Part shown: piece by piece, positions 10,134 through 18,801 of the stretch
Layout of the letters: each line of letters opens with the position of its first letter
How positions within the stretch are numbered: position 1 is the first letter of the stretch
Assembly: GCA_963841435.1 (NCBI GenBank)
Contig: CAWJCS010000002.1
Location: 192,001 to 256,000, forward strand
Reading direction: 5' to 3'
From: an uncultured delta proteobacterium
Lineage (GTDB): Bacteria; Myxococcota_A; Polyangia; Polyangiales; Polyangiaceae
Length of the DNA: 64,000 nucleotides
The notes under the pieces: model-generated
What the model was told of the DNA's origin: nothing
Databases searched by the model: none
The model's input: the letters and a program-made list of their open reading frames with translations, nothing else
Program-made: the position numbers and the translations under genes

Positions 10134-11333
10134 ATGGGAGATCGGGACCGGGTGGTGTCGTCGCGATGGCTTGCGCTGGCGGCTCTTTCGCCGCTGCTCT
10201 GCGCTCGGCCGGCCGAAGCGGAGCCGTTTCAGGTTGGTGGCGGTGGTGTGTTCCTCGGCTACGCCGTCGGTGACGGTGGCGGCTTCGAGTGGGGCATCGA
10301 GGGCTTTGCAACCCACTATCTCGAAGACCACGCCGAGTGCGGCGACCATTCGGAACGCCACGGCGTGGGTCCCTTGCTTCGGCTCGCGATGGTCAACGTA
10401 TCGCGCCTCGAGGTCACGGCCGCGGCGCACGGGGGCGGGGAGCTGCCGAGCATGCGCAGCTATTTCGATATCGATGGGGAGCTGGGCGCGAGCTTGCTGC
10501 TGCAAAAACGCAAACTACCCTGGGTCGCGCCGCACATCGGCGTCACGTTCGAATCCCTCATCTTCAACGCGTATCTCCGCCACCCGTTGCTCACTCCGAC
10601 GTTCTCGCTCGGTGCCGGGGCTCGCTACCTTCCCACGTTCGGACCTCCCGGTTCTTGCGAGTTCGGTCGCGCCTACCGCAGCGCCGGTGGGCGGGCCCGG
10701 CTCGCTCGCTACCGGTGGGTCGGAGCCCGTGAGTGCGGCAGCGACGACGCGAGACGCTGGGCCGAGCGTGCCGCCGAGGAGTGCGCTTCGGTGCCCGCAT
10801 TCTTGCAGTTGGCCCAGGAGCTATTCGAGCTCGGAGCACCACGCGCGCTCGTCGCTCGCGCCCTCGCGGCCGCTCGTGAGGAGCTCGGTCACACCCGCGC
10901 GACGGTGGGTCTCGCCGAGCTGTTCGGCGACGGTGCGCTCGTCATCGCTCCGCCGCGCTGGGAGCCCCGGCCCTCATTGCCGCGGCCGCTCGCGCTCTGC
11001 CGACTGGTGGCCGAGACTTGGCTCGACGGCTGCCTGAACGAGGGCCTCGCCTCGGCGATCGCCGCCGCCGAAGCGCAGGCGACGCGCGTCGACGAGGTGG
11101 CCGAGGTGTCCCGCCTGCTCGCCTGGGAGGAAGCCGGTCACGCCGCGCTCGCCGCCGACATCCTGCGCTGGGTCGCCTCCGTCGAGCCGGCACTCGTGCG
11201 TTCGCAACGGGTCCCGGCGAGCTTTGGTAGGGCCCCTTCGACCGCCGACGGCTCGGCCCACCGCGCGGCGATGGCCCTTTCGCGTGACGTTGCAAACCAG
11301 GCAACGCGCGAGCTTGCCGCCCTTTTCGCTTAG
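10134..11333 (+). CDS. Secreted protein with beta-strand-rich N-terminus and myxobacterial ferritin-like domain
   Basis: Signal peptide ending ARPAEA; EECASVPAF, EELGH, GCLNEG and EEAGH give two ExxH motifs. Confidence 0.75.
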   Translation: MGDRDRVVSSRWLALAALSPLLCARPAEAEPFQVGGGGVFLGYAVGDGGGFEWGIEGFATHYLEDHAECGDHSERHGVGPLLRLAMVNVSRLEVTAAAHGGGELPSMRSYFDIDGELGASLLLQKRKLPWVAPHIGVTFESLIFNAYLRHPLLTPTFSLGAGARYLPTFGPPGSCEFGRAYRSAGGRARLARYRWVGARECGSDDARRWAERAAEECASVPAFLQLAQELFELGAPRALVARALAAAREELGHTRATVGLAELFGDGALVIAPPRWEPRPSLPRPLALCRLVAETWLDGCLNEGLASAIAAAEAQATRVDEVAEVSRLLAWEEAGHAALAADILRWVASVEPALVRSQRVPASFGRAPSTADGSAHRAAMALSRDVANQATRELAALFA

Positions 11334-11370
11334 AGCCTGAGCTCGTCAGTTCGTGCGGGTGAGCGACGGC

Positions 11371-11406
11371 GTGTGCTCACGTGTGTGCTCACGTGTGTGC
11401 CGACGT
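11371..11406. repeat. Intergenic 12-bp tandem repeat GTGTGCTCACGT, 3 copies (third has 2 mismatches)
   Basis: Directly visible, about 200 bp upstream of the VWA gene. Confidence 0.85.
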
Positions 11407-11601
11407 GACGGGCGCGTGCCTGGCGTCGTGAGGTGACCGAGAACGTCCTGCCCGTTGCTCGCCGACTGGATTCATGAGCCGAAGTCGCCGCGATGTGCCA
11501 CTCTGAATCGAGCGGTCTCCCTGCCGCGATGCGCACGTCATCCTACGTGGCCCTACATTGCGGGGAGCTCGCGTCTCCAAGCTGACAGGAGTCGATCAAG
11601 C

Positions 11602-12945
11602 ATGCATGTGACCAGTCGCAACCGGATCCTCTTCGCTCTTCTGACAGGCTTACTCGGAGGATTCGCGCCAGCGGCGTGCAGCTCGGACACGGGAGTGGAG
11701 ACGAAACCCGGGCTGGGACCGTGCACCGGACCCAGCTGCCAGACGTGCACGACGGACATCGAGTGCCCCGCCGGCAGCTACTGCAAGAGTGGGGCTTGCG
11801 GCCAGGACTGTGCGCCCGGCAGCGACACCTGCGGCGCGGGGATGACCTGCTCGGGCGGTCGCTGCACGCCGGCGTCGAGCAGCGGGGGCGCGGGCGGCGG
11901 CGGCTCCGGAGGCTCGGCCGGGGGCATCGTCGGGCCGCCCATCAACGTCACGGACGCGGGGATGGACGTCGAGATGATGGACGCCGACGCCTGCGCCAAG
12001 ACCAGCGTCGAGCTCTCGAGTGAAACGCCGAACGTGCTGCTTCTCGTCGATCGCTCCGGCAGCATGGCCGACGAGCTCTCGGGGGGCGTCTCGCGCTGGG
12101 CGGCGGTTCGTGAGGCGCTCGTCAATCCGAGCATGGGCCTCGTGCCGACGCTGCAAGCCGAGGTGAACCTCGGTCTCGCCCTTTACACCGGCCCCGATCG
12201 CGGGCGCGTGGGCGACATGGACACCGTCGGCACCGACGATCCCGACTACGTGGAAACGGAGGAATGTCCCTACCTCGTGCAGGTGCCCATCGCGCCGAGC
12301 AACGCCGTGCCCATCGAGATGGCGTACCGGCCCGTCATGATGAGCACCAACGCCAACGGTCAGACGCCGACCGGGGAGAGCATCGAGGCGGCCGCGCCGG
12401 CGCTCCTCGCCCTCGACCCCATGCTCTACCCGGGTCGCAAAGTCATCGTCCTTGCCACCGACGGCGAGCCGGATCTCTGCGCCGACGGCAACGACGAAGT
12501 CGGCGGGCGCCAGCGCTCGGTCGACGCTGTCACGGCCGCCTATACGATGGGCATCACCACGTTCGTGATCTCCGTCGGCAGTCAGGTGGGCGAGGCCCAC
12601 CTGCACGAGATCGCGAACCTCGGCCAGGGCCTCCCCGCCGACGATCCCATGGATCGCTTCTACCGCGCCGCGGATGCCACCCAGCTCGCGCAGGCCTTCG
12701 ACGACATCGTGAACGGTGTGCGCAGCTGCACCTTCACGCTCGACGGCAAGGTTACGACCGACGGCAGCGAGGGTAGCGTCACCATCGACGGCAATCCGCT
12801 CGTCCAGGACGACCCCGACGGCTGGCGCCTCAACAGCCCGACGGAAGTCGAGTTCCTCGGCGCCGCGTGTGACCAAATCAAGACGGGTGACCACCTCGTC
12901 AACGTCTCGTTCCCCTGCGACGTGATCATCCCCGTCCCGAAGTGA
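11602..12945 (+). CDS. VWA-domain Cys-rich lipoprotein (CglB-like architecture)
   Basis: Lipobox PAAC, Cys-rich repeats, MIDAS motif LLVDRSGSM...TPT...LATDGEPD, C-terminal DGWRL...FLGAAC module. Confidence 0.85.
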   Translation: MHVTSRNRILFALLTGLLGGFAPAACSSDTGVETKPGLGPCTGPSCQTCTTDIECPAGSYCKSGACGQDCAPGSDTCGAGMTCSGGRCTPASSSGGAGGGGSGGSAGGIVGPPINVTDAGMDVEMMDADACAKTSVELSSETPNVLLLVDRSGSMADELSGGVSRWAAVREALVNPSMGLVPTLQAEVNLGLALYTGPDRGRVGDMDTVGTDDPDYVETEECPYLVQVPIAPSNAVPIEMAYRPVMMSTNANGQTPTGESIEAAAPALLALDPMLYPGRKVIVLATDGEPDLCADGNDEVGGRQRSVDAVTAAYTMGITTFVISVGSQVGEAHLHEIANLGQGLPADDPMDRFYRAADATQLAQAFDDIVNGVRSCTFTLDGKVTTDGSEGSVTIDGNPLVQDDPDGWRLNSPTEVEFLGAACDQIKTGDHLVNVSFPCDVIIPVPK

Positions 12946-13072
12946 GCGCGGGCGGCTCGGCGTCCCGCGCATGAGCTCCACGTTGCGCGGGCTCACCGCT
13001 CCGGCCTGGGTTTCGGCGGGGCTTGCCGGCAGCCTCTGACCCGCGCGGCGCGTCGCCGCGCGGATCGGTCGC

Positions 13073-14758
13073 TCACTCGGGATAGCTCGCGAGCTCGGGC
13101 TTTGCCACGAAGCCTCCGGGCACGATCTTCGGTCCCTTGGGGCTCGAGCGCGTTCCTTTCGGTCCGAAGGCGCGCACCACGTCGGCGAGCTTTTCGTCGG
13201 CGAGCGGCGGGGGTAGCGCCCGCTCGGCGCCGGGAGCGGCGACGTGGTCCAGGTGGAGCGTCTGCGTCGGGAACGCGAACGTAACGCCGAGGTCGCGCGC
13301 CAGGCGCAGGATTTCCAGAAACACGTGATGGCGCTCACGGAGCTCCACCGACCAGTTCGGCACCTCGAAAAAGAAGTAGACCATCACGTCGAGCGAGTGG
13401 GCGCCGAAGCCCGACATGTGGACTTCGTAGTAGTCCTTGCGACTGTAGGAATTGGCCACGATGATGCCGCGGATGCCCTCGACGAAGGCCTGCATCTGCT
13501 CGGGCGTGGTGTCGTAGGTCAGGTTCAGGGTGACGTAGGTGCGCCGGTAGCGGCGGCGGCCGTAGTTGTCGATCTGGGTCTCGGTGAACGCCGCGTTCGG
13601 CACGGAGACCTGCGAGTTGTAAAACGTGCGGATGCGCGTCGAGCGGAAGCCGACCTCCTCGACGATGCCCTCGACTCCCTTGACGACCACCCAGTCGCCG
13701 ACCTGAAACGGACGGTCGACGAAGATCATGATGCTGCCGAAGAAGTTCGCGAGCGTGTCCTTGGCCGCGAGGGCAAACGCCAGGCCGCCGAGGCCGAGCC
13801 CGGCGAGCAGCGAGCCGACGTTCACGTCGAAGTTCTGGAGCAGGAAAAGGACGCCCGCGACGACGACCAGTATCTTCAGCGACTTTCTCACCAGCGGGAC
13901 GAGCTGGTCGTCGAGCTTGGACTCGGTTTTCGCTGCGTGCTCGGCGAGCTGGGCCGTGAATACGTCGACCAGGCGATACAGCGCCCAGATGAGCGACAGC
14001 ACGACCAGCATGCGAATCGTGAAGTCCACGACCACGGCCGCGCCGATCGGTAGCCCGAGCTGCGGGTAGGCCACGCGCAAAAGGCCCGCCGCCGCGAGCG
14101 TCGCCCCCGGCGAGGCGATCGTGCCGACCAGATTCGTGACCCAGACCTGACCGAAGCGCGCACTGAGATGACGCACCTGCCGGCGGACCACGTAATCGAG
14201 CACCTTGCGCAGGAGGAGCACGGCGGAAGCGAGCAGGATCAGCGCCAGGTACTGCCAGATCTTCACGCCGAGCACGGTGTTGTGAAACCCCGCGGGCAGG
14301 TGCTCGACCACCTCGTCCAGGGGGCCGCGTTGCGCTTCGTACAGGCTCGCGACCTCGTCCAGCGAGTCCGCCGTCCAGCGCCACTTTCCGTCGGCTTGCC
14401 GGGCGACGCGGACCTTGTCGAGCGACGGGTGCGGGGCGACGCTGGCGCGGCCCGTCTCCGGGTCGACCCAGGCTGCGTCGTTGCTCAGCCTCTCCATCTT
14501 CACGTACAGGCCGCGTGCGTCGAACACGCGTTTCACCACGCGTGCCGTTTCCTCGAGCTCGAGGGGCGAACGACCGCGAGGGTCGAGGCAAGCGCGTGCC
14601 CGCTTCGGGTTCAGCCGTCCCGGCTGCAGCGCGTCGAACAACGACTCGACCGCCGCACGCGGGGTCGCGCAGCTCGTATCCGGTTCGGCCGCGGAGCCAA
14701 CCGCTCCGGTCAGCATCACGACGAATGCAATCACGATCACAAAAAAACGTCTCTGCAC
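13073..14758 (-). CDS. Mechanosensitive channel, MscS family, with periplasmic N-terminal domain
   Basis: GTG 14758 with AAGGAGG RBS; GSLLAGLGLGGLAFALAAKDTLANFFG, DRPFQVGDWV, VEEVGFRSTRIRT and FAFPTQTL. Confidence 0.92.
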   Translation of the reverse strand: MQRRFFVIVIAFVVMLTGAVGSAAEPDTSCATPRAAVESLFDALQPGRLNPKRARACLDPRGRSPLELEETARVVKRVFDARGLYVKMERLSNDAAWVDPETGRASVAPHPSLDKVRVARQADGKWRWTADSLDEVASLYEAQRGPLDEVVEHLPAGFHNTVLGVKIWQYLALILLASAVLLLRKVLDYVVRRQVRHLSARFGQVWVTNLVGTIASPGATLAAAGLLRVAYPQLGLPIGAAVVVDFTIRMLVVLSLIWALYRLVDVFTAQLAEHAAKTESKLDDQLVPLVRKSLKILVVVAGVLFLLQNFDVNVGSLLAGLGLGGLAFALAAKDTLANFFGSIMIFVDRPFQVGDWVVVKGVEGIVEEVGFRSTRIRTFYNSQVSVPNAAFTETQIDNYGRRRYRRTYVTLNLTYDTTPEQMQAFVEGIRGIIVANSYSRKDYYEVHMSGFGAHSLDVMVYFFFEVPNWSVELRERHHVFLEILRLARDLGVTFAFPTQTLHLDHVAAPGAERALPPPLADEKLADVVRAFGPKGTRSSPKGPKIVPGGFVAKPELASYPE

Positions 14759-14827
14759 ATCGACCTCCTTCTTGCCGTGCCGCCGCCCGGCGCCGTGGCT
14801 TATCATCCCGCAAGGCTCGCATCCATC

Positions 14828-17317
14828 ATGCAACGAATCGGTCCTATCCCTCGAACGCCCGTCCTCGCTGCGCTCCTTTCGCTGCTCGCCCCGGGCTGCT
14901 CGCGCACGGCGACCGGCACCGGCGGGCAGGCCGCGCCCATTTCGACCGCGCGGGAGAGGCTCGCGCTCACGCCGCCGATGGGATTCAACGACTGGAACGC
15001 ATTCGGCTGCGACGTGAACGAAACGCTCATCAAGGATACGGCCGACCTCTTCGTTTCGCTGGGACTCAGGGACGCGGGCTACCGGTACGTCAACATCGAC
15101 GACTGCTGGTCGCTTCGCGAGCGCGGTCCGGACGGCAAGTTGGTGGCAGACCCGCAAAAATTTCCTTCCGGCATTCGCGGTGTGGCCGACTACCTGCACC
15201 GGCTCGGGCTCAAGCTCGGTATCTACGGCGATGCGGGCACGAAGACCTGCGCGGGCTACCCGGGCAGCCTCGGCAAGGAGAGGCTCGATGCGGCGACCTG
15301 GGCGAGCTTTGGCGTCGATTACCTCAAGTACGACAATTGCTACAACGAATCCGACGGCTCGCGCGCGGACTTCGTGCGGCGCTACACGGCGATGCGCGAA
15401 GCCATCGACGAAGCGGGCCGCCCGATGGTGTACTCGATCTGCGAATGGGGTCAGTCCCAGCCGTGGGAGTGGGCGGGAGGCATCGGCAATTCGTGGCGCA
15501 CGACGGGAGACATCAGCGACAGCTGGTCGAGCCTGCGATCCATCGTCGCCTTCAACGCGACGCTCGCCGCCCACGCTGGGCCCGGGCACTGGAACGATCC
15601 GGACATGCTCGAGATCGGCAACGGCGGCATGACGCCCACCGAATATCGCACCCACATGAGCCTCTGGTCGATGATGGCGGCGCCGCTCATCATCGGCACC
15701 GATCTGCGGCGGGCCGGCGCCGACACGCTCGCCATCCTCCGCAACCGGGAAATCATCGCGCTCGATCAGGATCCGCTCGGCAACCAGGCGCGGGTCGTGT
15801 CGGACCGTGCCGGGCGCATGGCCTTCGCCAAGCCGCTCTCGGGTGGCGATGTCGCGGTGGCGCTCTACAACGCCACGGACACCGTCGCCGTGCTCGACGT
15901 GACGTCGACGGACGCCGGTCTCCCACGGGCCCCGGCCTATCGCCTGAAGGATCTCTGGAGCGGCGTCACCTGGCAGGCCGGGGCGACCCTCGCCGCGGGT
16001 GTCCCGGCGCACGGCACGGTCGTCTACCGCGTCAGCGCCCTCGAGCACCCCCATGACTTGCCACCCCTGGTCAGCGTCGGCGCGGTGCTCGGCACGCTCA
16101 TTCCCAGCGTGCCCGGCGGAGCCACACTCACCACCACCGCCAAGAATGAGGGCCTCACGGACGCGGTCACGCTGGCGCTCGGCGTCGACGCGCCTCGCGG
16201 TTGGGTCGTCCAGGCGTCGGATGCCAGCGGCAGCGCGCGGCTCGGTCCCGGCGAGTCGCGGACGACCCACAATACCGTGACGGCGCCGGCCGACACCGGC
16301 CCTGGCCGCTACCCGATTTCGATCACGGCCCGCTACGCCTGGGGCGACGGAAGAAAGGCCGCCACGGTCGTGACGGAGCTCGTCGCCGCCGTCGTCGTGC
16401 CACCGCCCGACGGCGTCAGCCAGCTGACCGAGCTCGCCGTCGTCAGCGCCGCGAACGCCCTCGGCCCCGTCGAGCGGGACATGGCGAACGGTGGCTCGGC
16501 GGAGGGCGACGGCAACCTCATCACGCTCGGAGGCAACGTCTCCACCCGCGGACTCGGCACGCGCGCCCCGAGCGAGATCGTCTACTACCTCGGAGGGCGC
16601 TGCTCGACGCTCTCCACCGAGGTTGGCCTCGACGACGAGGTCACGGCGGGCGCCGCCTCGTTCAAAGTCCTCGCCGACGATCGCCTGGTCGCCGAGAGCG
16701 GCCCCGTTCACGCCGCAGATCCCCCGCGCGCCCTGACGGCGAACCTGACCGGCGCCCGCTGGCTCAAGCTCGTCACCGAGCCCGGCGACGCGAGCGACAG
16801 CGCCGTTGCCCCCACCGATTGGGCTCGACCGCTCCTCACTTGCGGCGAGAGCACCGCACCGACGCGCCCGGAGCTCACGATCTTCTCGTTCGAGCCGGGC
16901 ACGCCAGACGTGACTGTGTCCAAACCCGACGCGGGTGGCAACCTTTCGCCGACCCCGGCGTTTCACACCGACGGCACGCATGGCCTCGAGGTGACGAGCC
17001 CCGCCGACGGCAACTGGTTCGGGCGCTCGTTTGCACAGCCGCTCGACCTCAGCGCAAAATCGAAGCTGGCCTTCGACATCGAGACGGGCCCCGCCGGCAC
17101 GGTCGGAGAGCTCGCCGTGGAAGTAGGGCCCGAAAAGCTCTGGTGTCAGGGTGGGCGCTGGGCGTGGACGAACCCGAGCTCCAAAAAGACCATCAAGACC
17201 GCCTTCGAGGACATCCACTGCCCCCAGGGCAAAAGGCTCGACCAGGGTCGAATCATGGGCGTCTGGGTGTTCGTCAAGGCCGGCACTTTCGTCATCGATC
17301 AGGTTCGTGCGGAGTAG
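14828..17317 (+). CDS. GH27 alpha-galactosidase lipoprotein with NEW3 (NPCBM-associated), NPCBM and C-terminal CBM-like domains
   Basis: LTPPMGFNDWN, NIDDCW, DYLKYDNC, WRTTGDI and WNDPDMLE; NPCBM motifs GPVERD, RGLGTRA and VGLDD; lipobox APGC. Confidence 0.93.
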   Translation: MQRIGPIPRTPVLAALLSLLAPGCSRTATGTGGQAAPISTARERLALTPPMGFNDWNAFGCDVNETLIKDTADLFVSLGLRDAGYRYVNIDDCWSLRERGPDGKLVADPQKFPSGIRGVADYLHRLGLKLGIYGDAGTKTCAGYPGSLGKERLDAATWASFGVDYLKYDNCYNESDGSRADFVRRYTAMREAIDEAGRPMVYSICEWGQSQPWEWAGGIGNSWRTTGDISDSWSSLRSIVAFNATLAAHAGPGHWNDPDMLEIGNGGMTPTEYRTHMSLWSMMAAPLIIGTDLRRAGADTLAILRNREIIALDQDPLGNQARVVSDRAGRMAFAKPLSGGDVAVALYNATDTVAVLDVTSTDAGLPRAPAYRLKDLWSGVTWQAGATLAAGVPAHGTVVYRVSALEHPHDLPPLVSVGAVLGTLIPSVPGGATLTTTAKNEGLTDAVTLALGVDAPRGWVVQASDASGSARLGPGESRTTHNTVTAPADTGPGRYPISITARYAWGDGRKAATVVTELVAAVVVPPPDGVSQLTELAVVSAANALGPVERDMANGGSAEGDGNLITLGGNVSTRGLGTRAPSEIVYYLGGRCSTLSTEVGLDDEVTAGAASFKVLADDRLVAESGPVHAADPPRALTANLTGARWLKLVTEPGDASDSAVAPTDWARPLLTCGESTAPTRPELTIFSFEPGTPDVTVSKPDAGGNLSPTPAFHTDGTHGLEVTSPADGNWFGRSFAQPLDLSAKSKLAFDIETGPAGTVGELAVEVGPEKLWCQGGRWAWTNPSSKKTIKTAFEDIHCPQGKRLDQGRIMGVWVFVKAGTFVIDQVRAE

Positions 17318-17391
17318 CTCACCCGAGTGCGTTCACGTCCTCGCGAATCGAAACGGACGGACGGTACGGCCGTGCTAGAGCGCCTCTCGCA

Positions 17392-18768
17392 ATGAACGCG
17401 GTGCGGATCTCGAGCGCGGTCGTTCTGTCGGTCGCTTTGCAGGCTTGCTTGGAGGATGCGGGCGTTTTCGCTGGGTCCGACGCTCGCGACTGCCCGGCCC
17501 CCACGCTCGCTTGCGGTTCTGGCTGCACGGACCCGAGCACCGACCCCGCGAACTGCGGGGCCTGCGGCCATGACTGCCAGGCGAGCGAGGTCTGCTCGGC
17601 CGGTGAGTGCCTCGACGAGTGCGCCGACGGTTCCACCGCCTGCGATCGGAGCTGCCTCGATCTCTCGAGCGACCGGGCCAACTGCGGTGGCTGTGAAAAG
17701 CCCTGCTCGGACGGCTTCTCCTGCGCCGAGGGCGGCTGTATCGCGGACGAGGGTAGCGGGGGCATGCCGGCCTCGGACCTGCGCATCAGGATCGTCGGCA
17801 AAAGGCTCAGCGCGTGCGGCCGCCCCATCGTCATGAACGGTGCCAACACGCCGTGGCACGTCTGGGACGACTTCGGTGGCAACTACGATGCCGCCTGGTG
17901 GAGCCGCCACTATGCCGACCTTCACGAGGCCGGTGTCAATGCCTCTCGCGTGTGGATCACCTGCAGCGGCGAGGTGGGGGTCGATATCGCGCCCGACGGT
18001 GCGGTCCTCGGTGCGACGCCCGCGCACTGGGAGGCTCTCGACAGCTTCTTCGCGATCGCCGAAGAGCGGCAGATCTACGTGATGGCCACGCTGATGTCCT
18101 TCGACCACTTCCAGCACGGCGCCGCGTCGCGCTACGAGGCGTGGATTGCGAGCGACGAGAACCTCGATTCGTACGTAGACAACTATCTACTTCCCTTCCT
18201 CGAACGCTACCGAGGTAGCCCCTACCTCTGGTCCATCGATCTCATGAACGAGCCCGACTGGGTGTACGAGCAGTCGGGCATCTCGTTCGAGCGGCTGCGC
18301 GCCTACTTTGCGCGCGCCGCGCGCGCCATCCACGAAAATAGCGACGTTCTGGTGACTATCGGCATGGCGTCACCGAAATACAATGCCGCGTGCCCGGGTT
18401 GCGAGCCTTCGATCACCGACGCCGAGCTGCGCGAGGCCGTGGACGATCCGAGCGTGTACCTCGACTTTTACTCCCCGCACTACTACGACTGGGTCGGTAG
18501 CGTCTGGGGCAACACCCTGCACCTCAGCCCCGATGGATCCAACTTTCGCACCGACCGACCGCTCTTGATCGGCGAGCATCCCGCCCGCGGCACCTCGGGC
18601 TATACTCTCACCGAGGATCTCGAAGCAGCTCTCGAGAACGGCTGGCAGGGAACCATGCCGTGGACGAGCAACGGCGTGGATGCAAACGGCGGTTTTGCCC
18701 AAGTGAGCGCGGCGGCAACGTCCTTTCGCGAGGCCCACCCGGCGCTGGTCTTCCCTGGTTGCCCTTGA
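17392..18768 (+). CDS. Lipoprotein with Cys-rich repeats (DPANCGACG type) and GH5 catalytic domain, likely beta-mannanase-like
   Basis: Lipobox LQAC; TDPANCGACG and SDRANCGGC; MNGANTPW, SRVWI, DLMNEPD (acid/base), FYSPHYYDW and LIGE (nucleophile). Confidence 0.85.
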   Translation: MNAVRISSAVVLSVALQACLEDAGVFAGSDARDCPAPTLACGSGCTDPSTDPANCGACGHDCQASEVCSAGECLDECADGSTACDRSCLDLSSDRANCGGCEKPCSDGFSCAEGGCIADEGSGGMPASDLRIRIVGKRLSACGRPIVMNGANTPWHVWDDFGGNYDAAWWSRHYADLHEAGVNASRVWITCSGEVGVDIAPDGAVLGATPAHWEALDSFFAIAEERQIYVMATLMSFDHFQHGAASRYEAWIASDENLDSYVDNYLLPFLERYRGSPYLWSIDLMNEPDWVYEQSGISFERLRAYFARAARAIHENSDVLVTIGMASPKYNAACPGCEPSITDAELREAVDDPSVYLDFYSPHYYDWVGSVWGNTLHLSPDGSNFRTDRPLLIGEHPARGTSGYTLTEDLEAALENGWQGTMPWTSNGVDANGGFAQVSAAATSFREAHPALVFPGCP

Positions 18769-18801
18769 GGCGCCGCCGGGAAAAGCCGTCGATCGCCCGG
18801 C

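Noticed and set aside
13073-17218. 1381-aa ORF suggesting a giant MscS fusion
   Set aside because: The first ~820 aa are the antisense shadow of the GH27 gene; a strong AAGGAGG RBS and signal peptide mark the real start at 14758.
16201-18768. 855-aa GH5 ORF, and likewise the extended DUF1552 (54802) and kduI (9038) ORFs
   Set aside because: The extensions overlap upstream genes out of frame; signal peptides or family length fix later starts.
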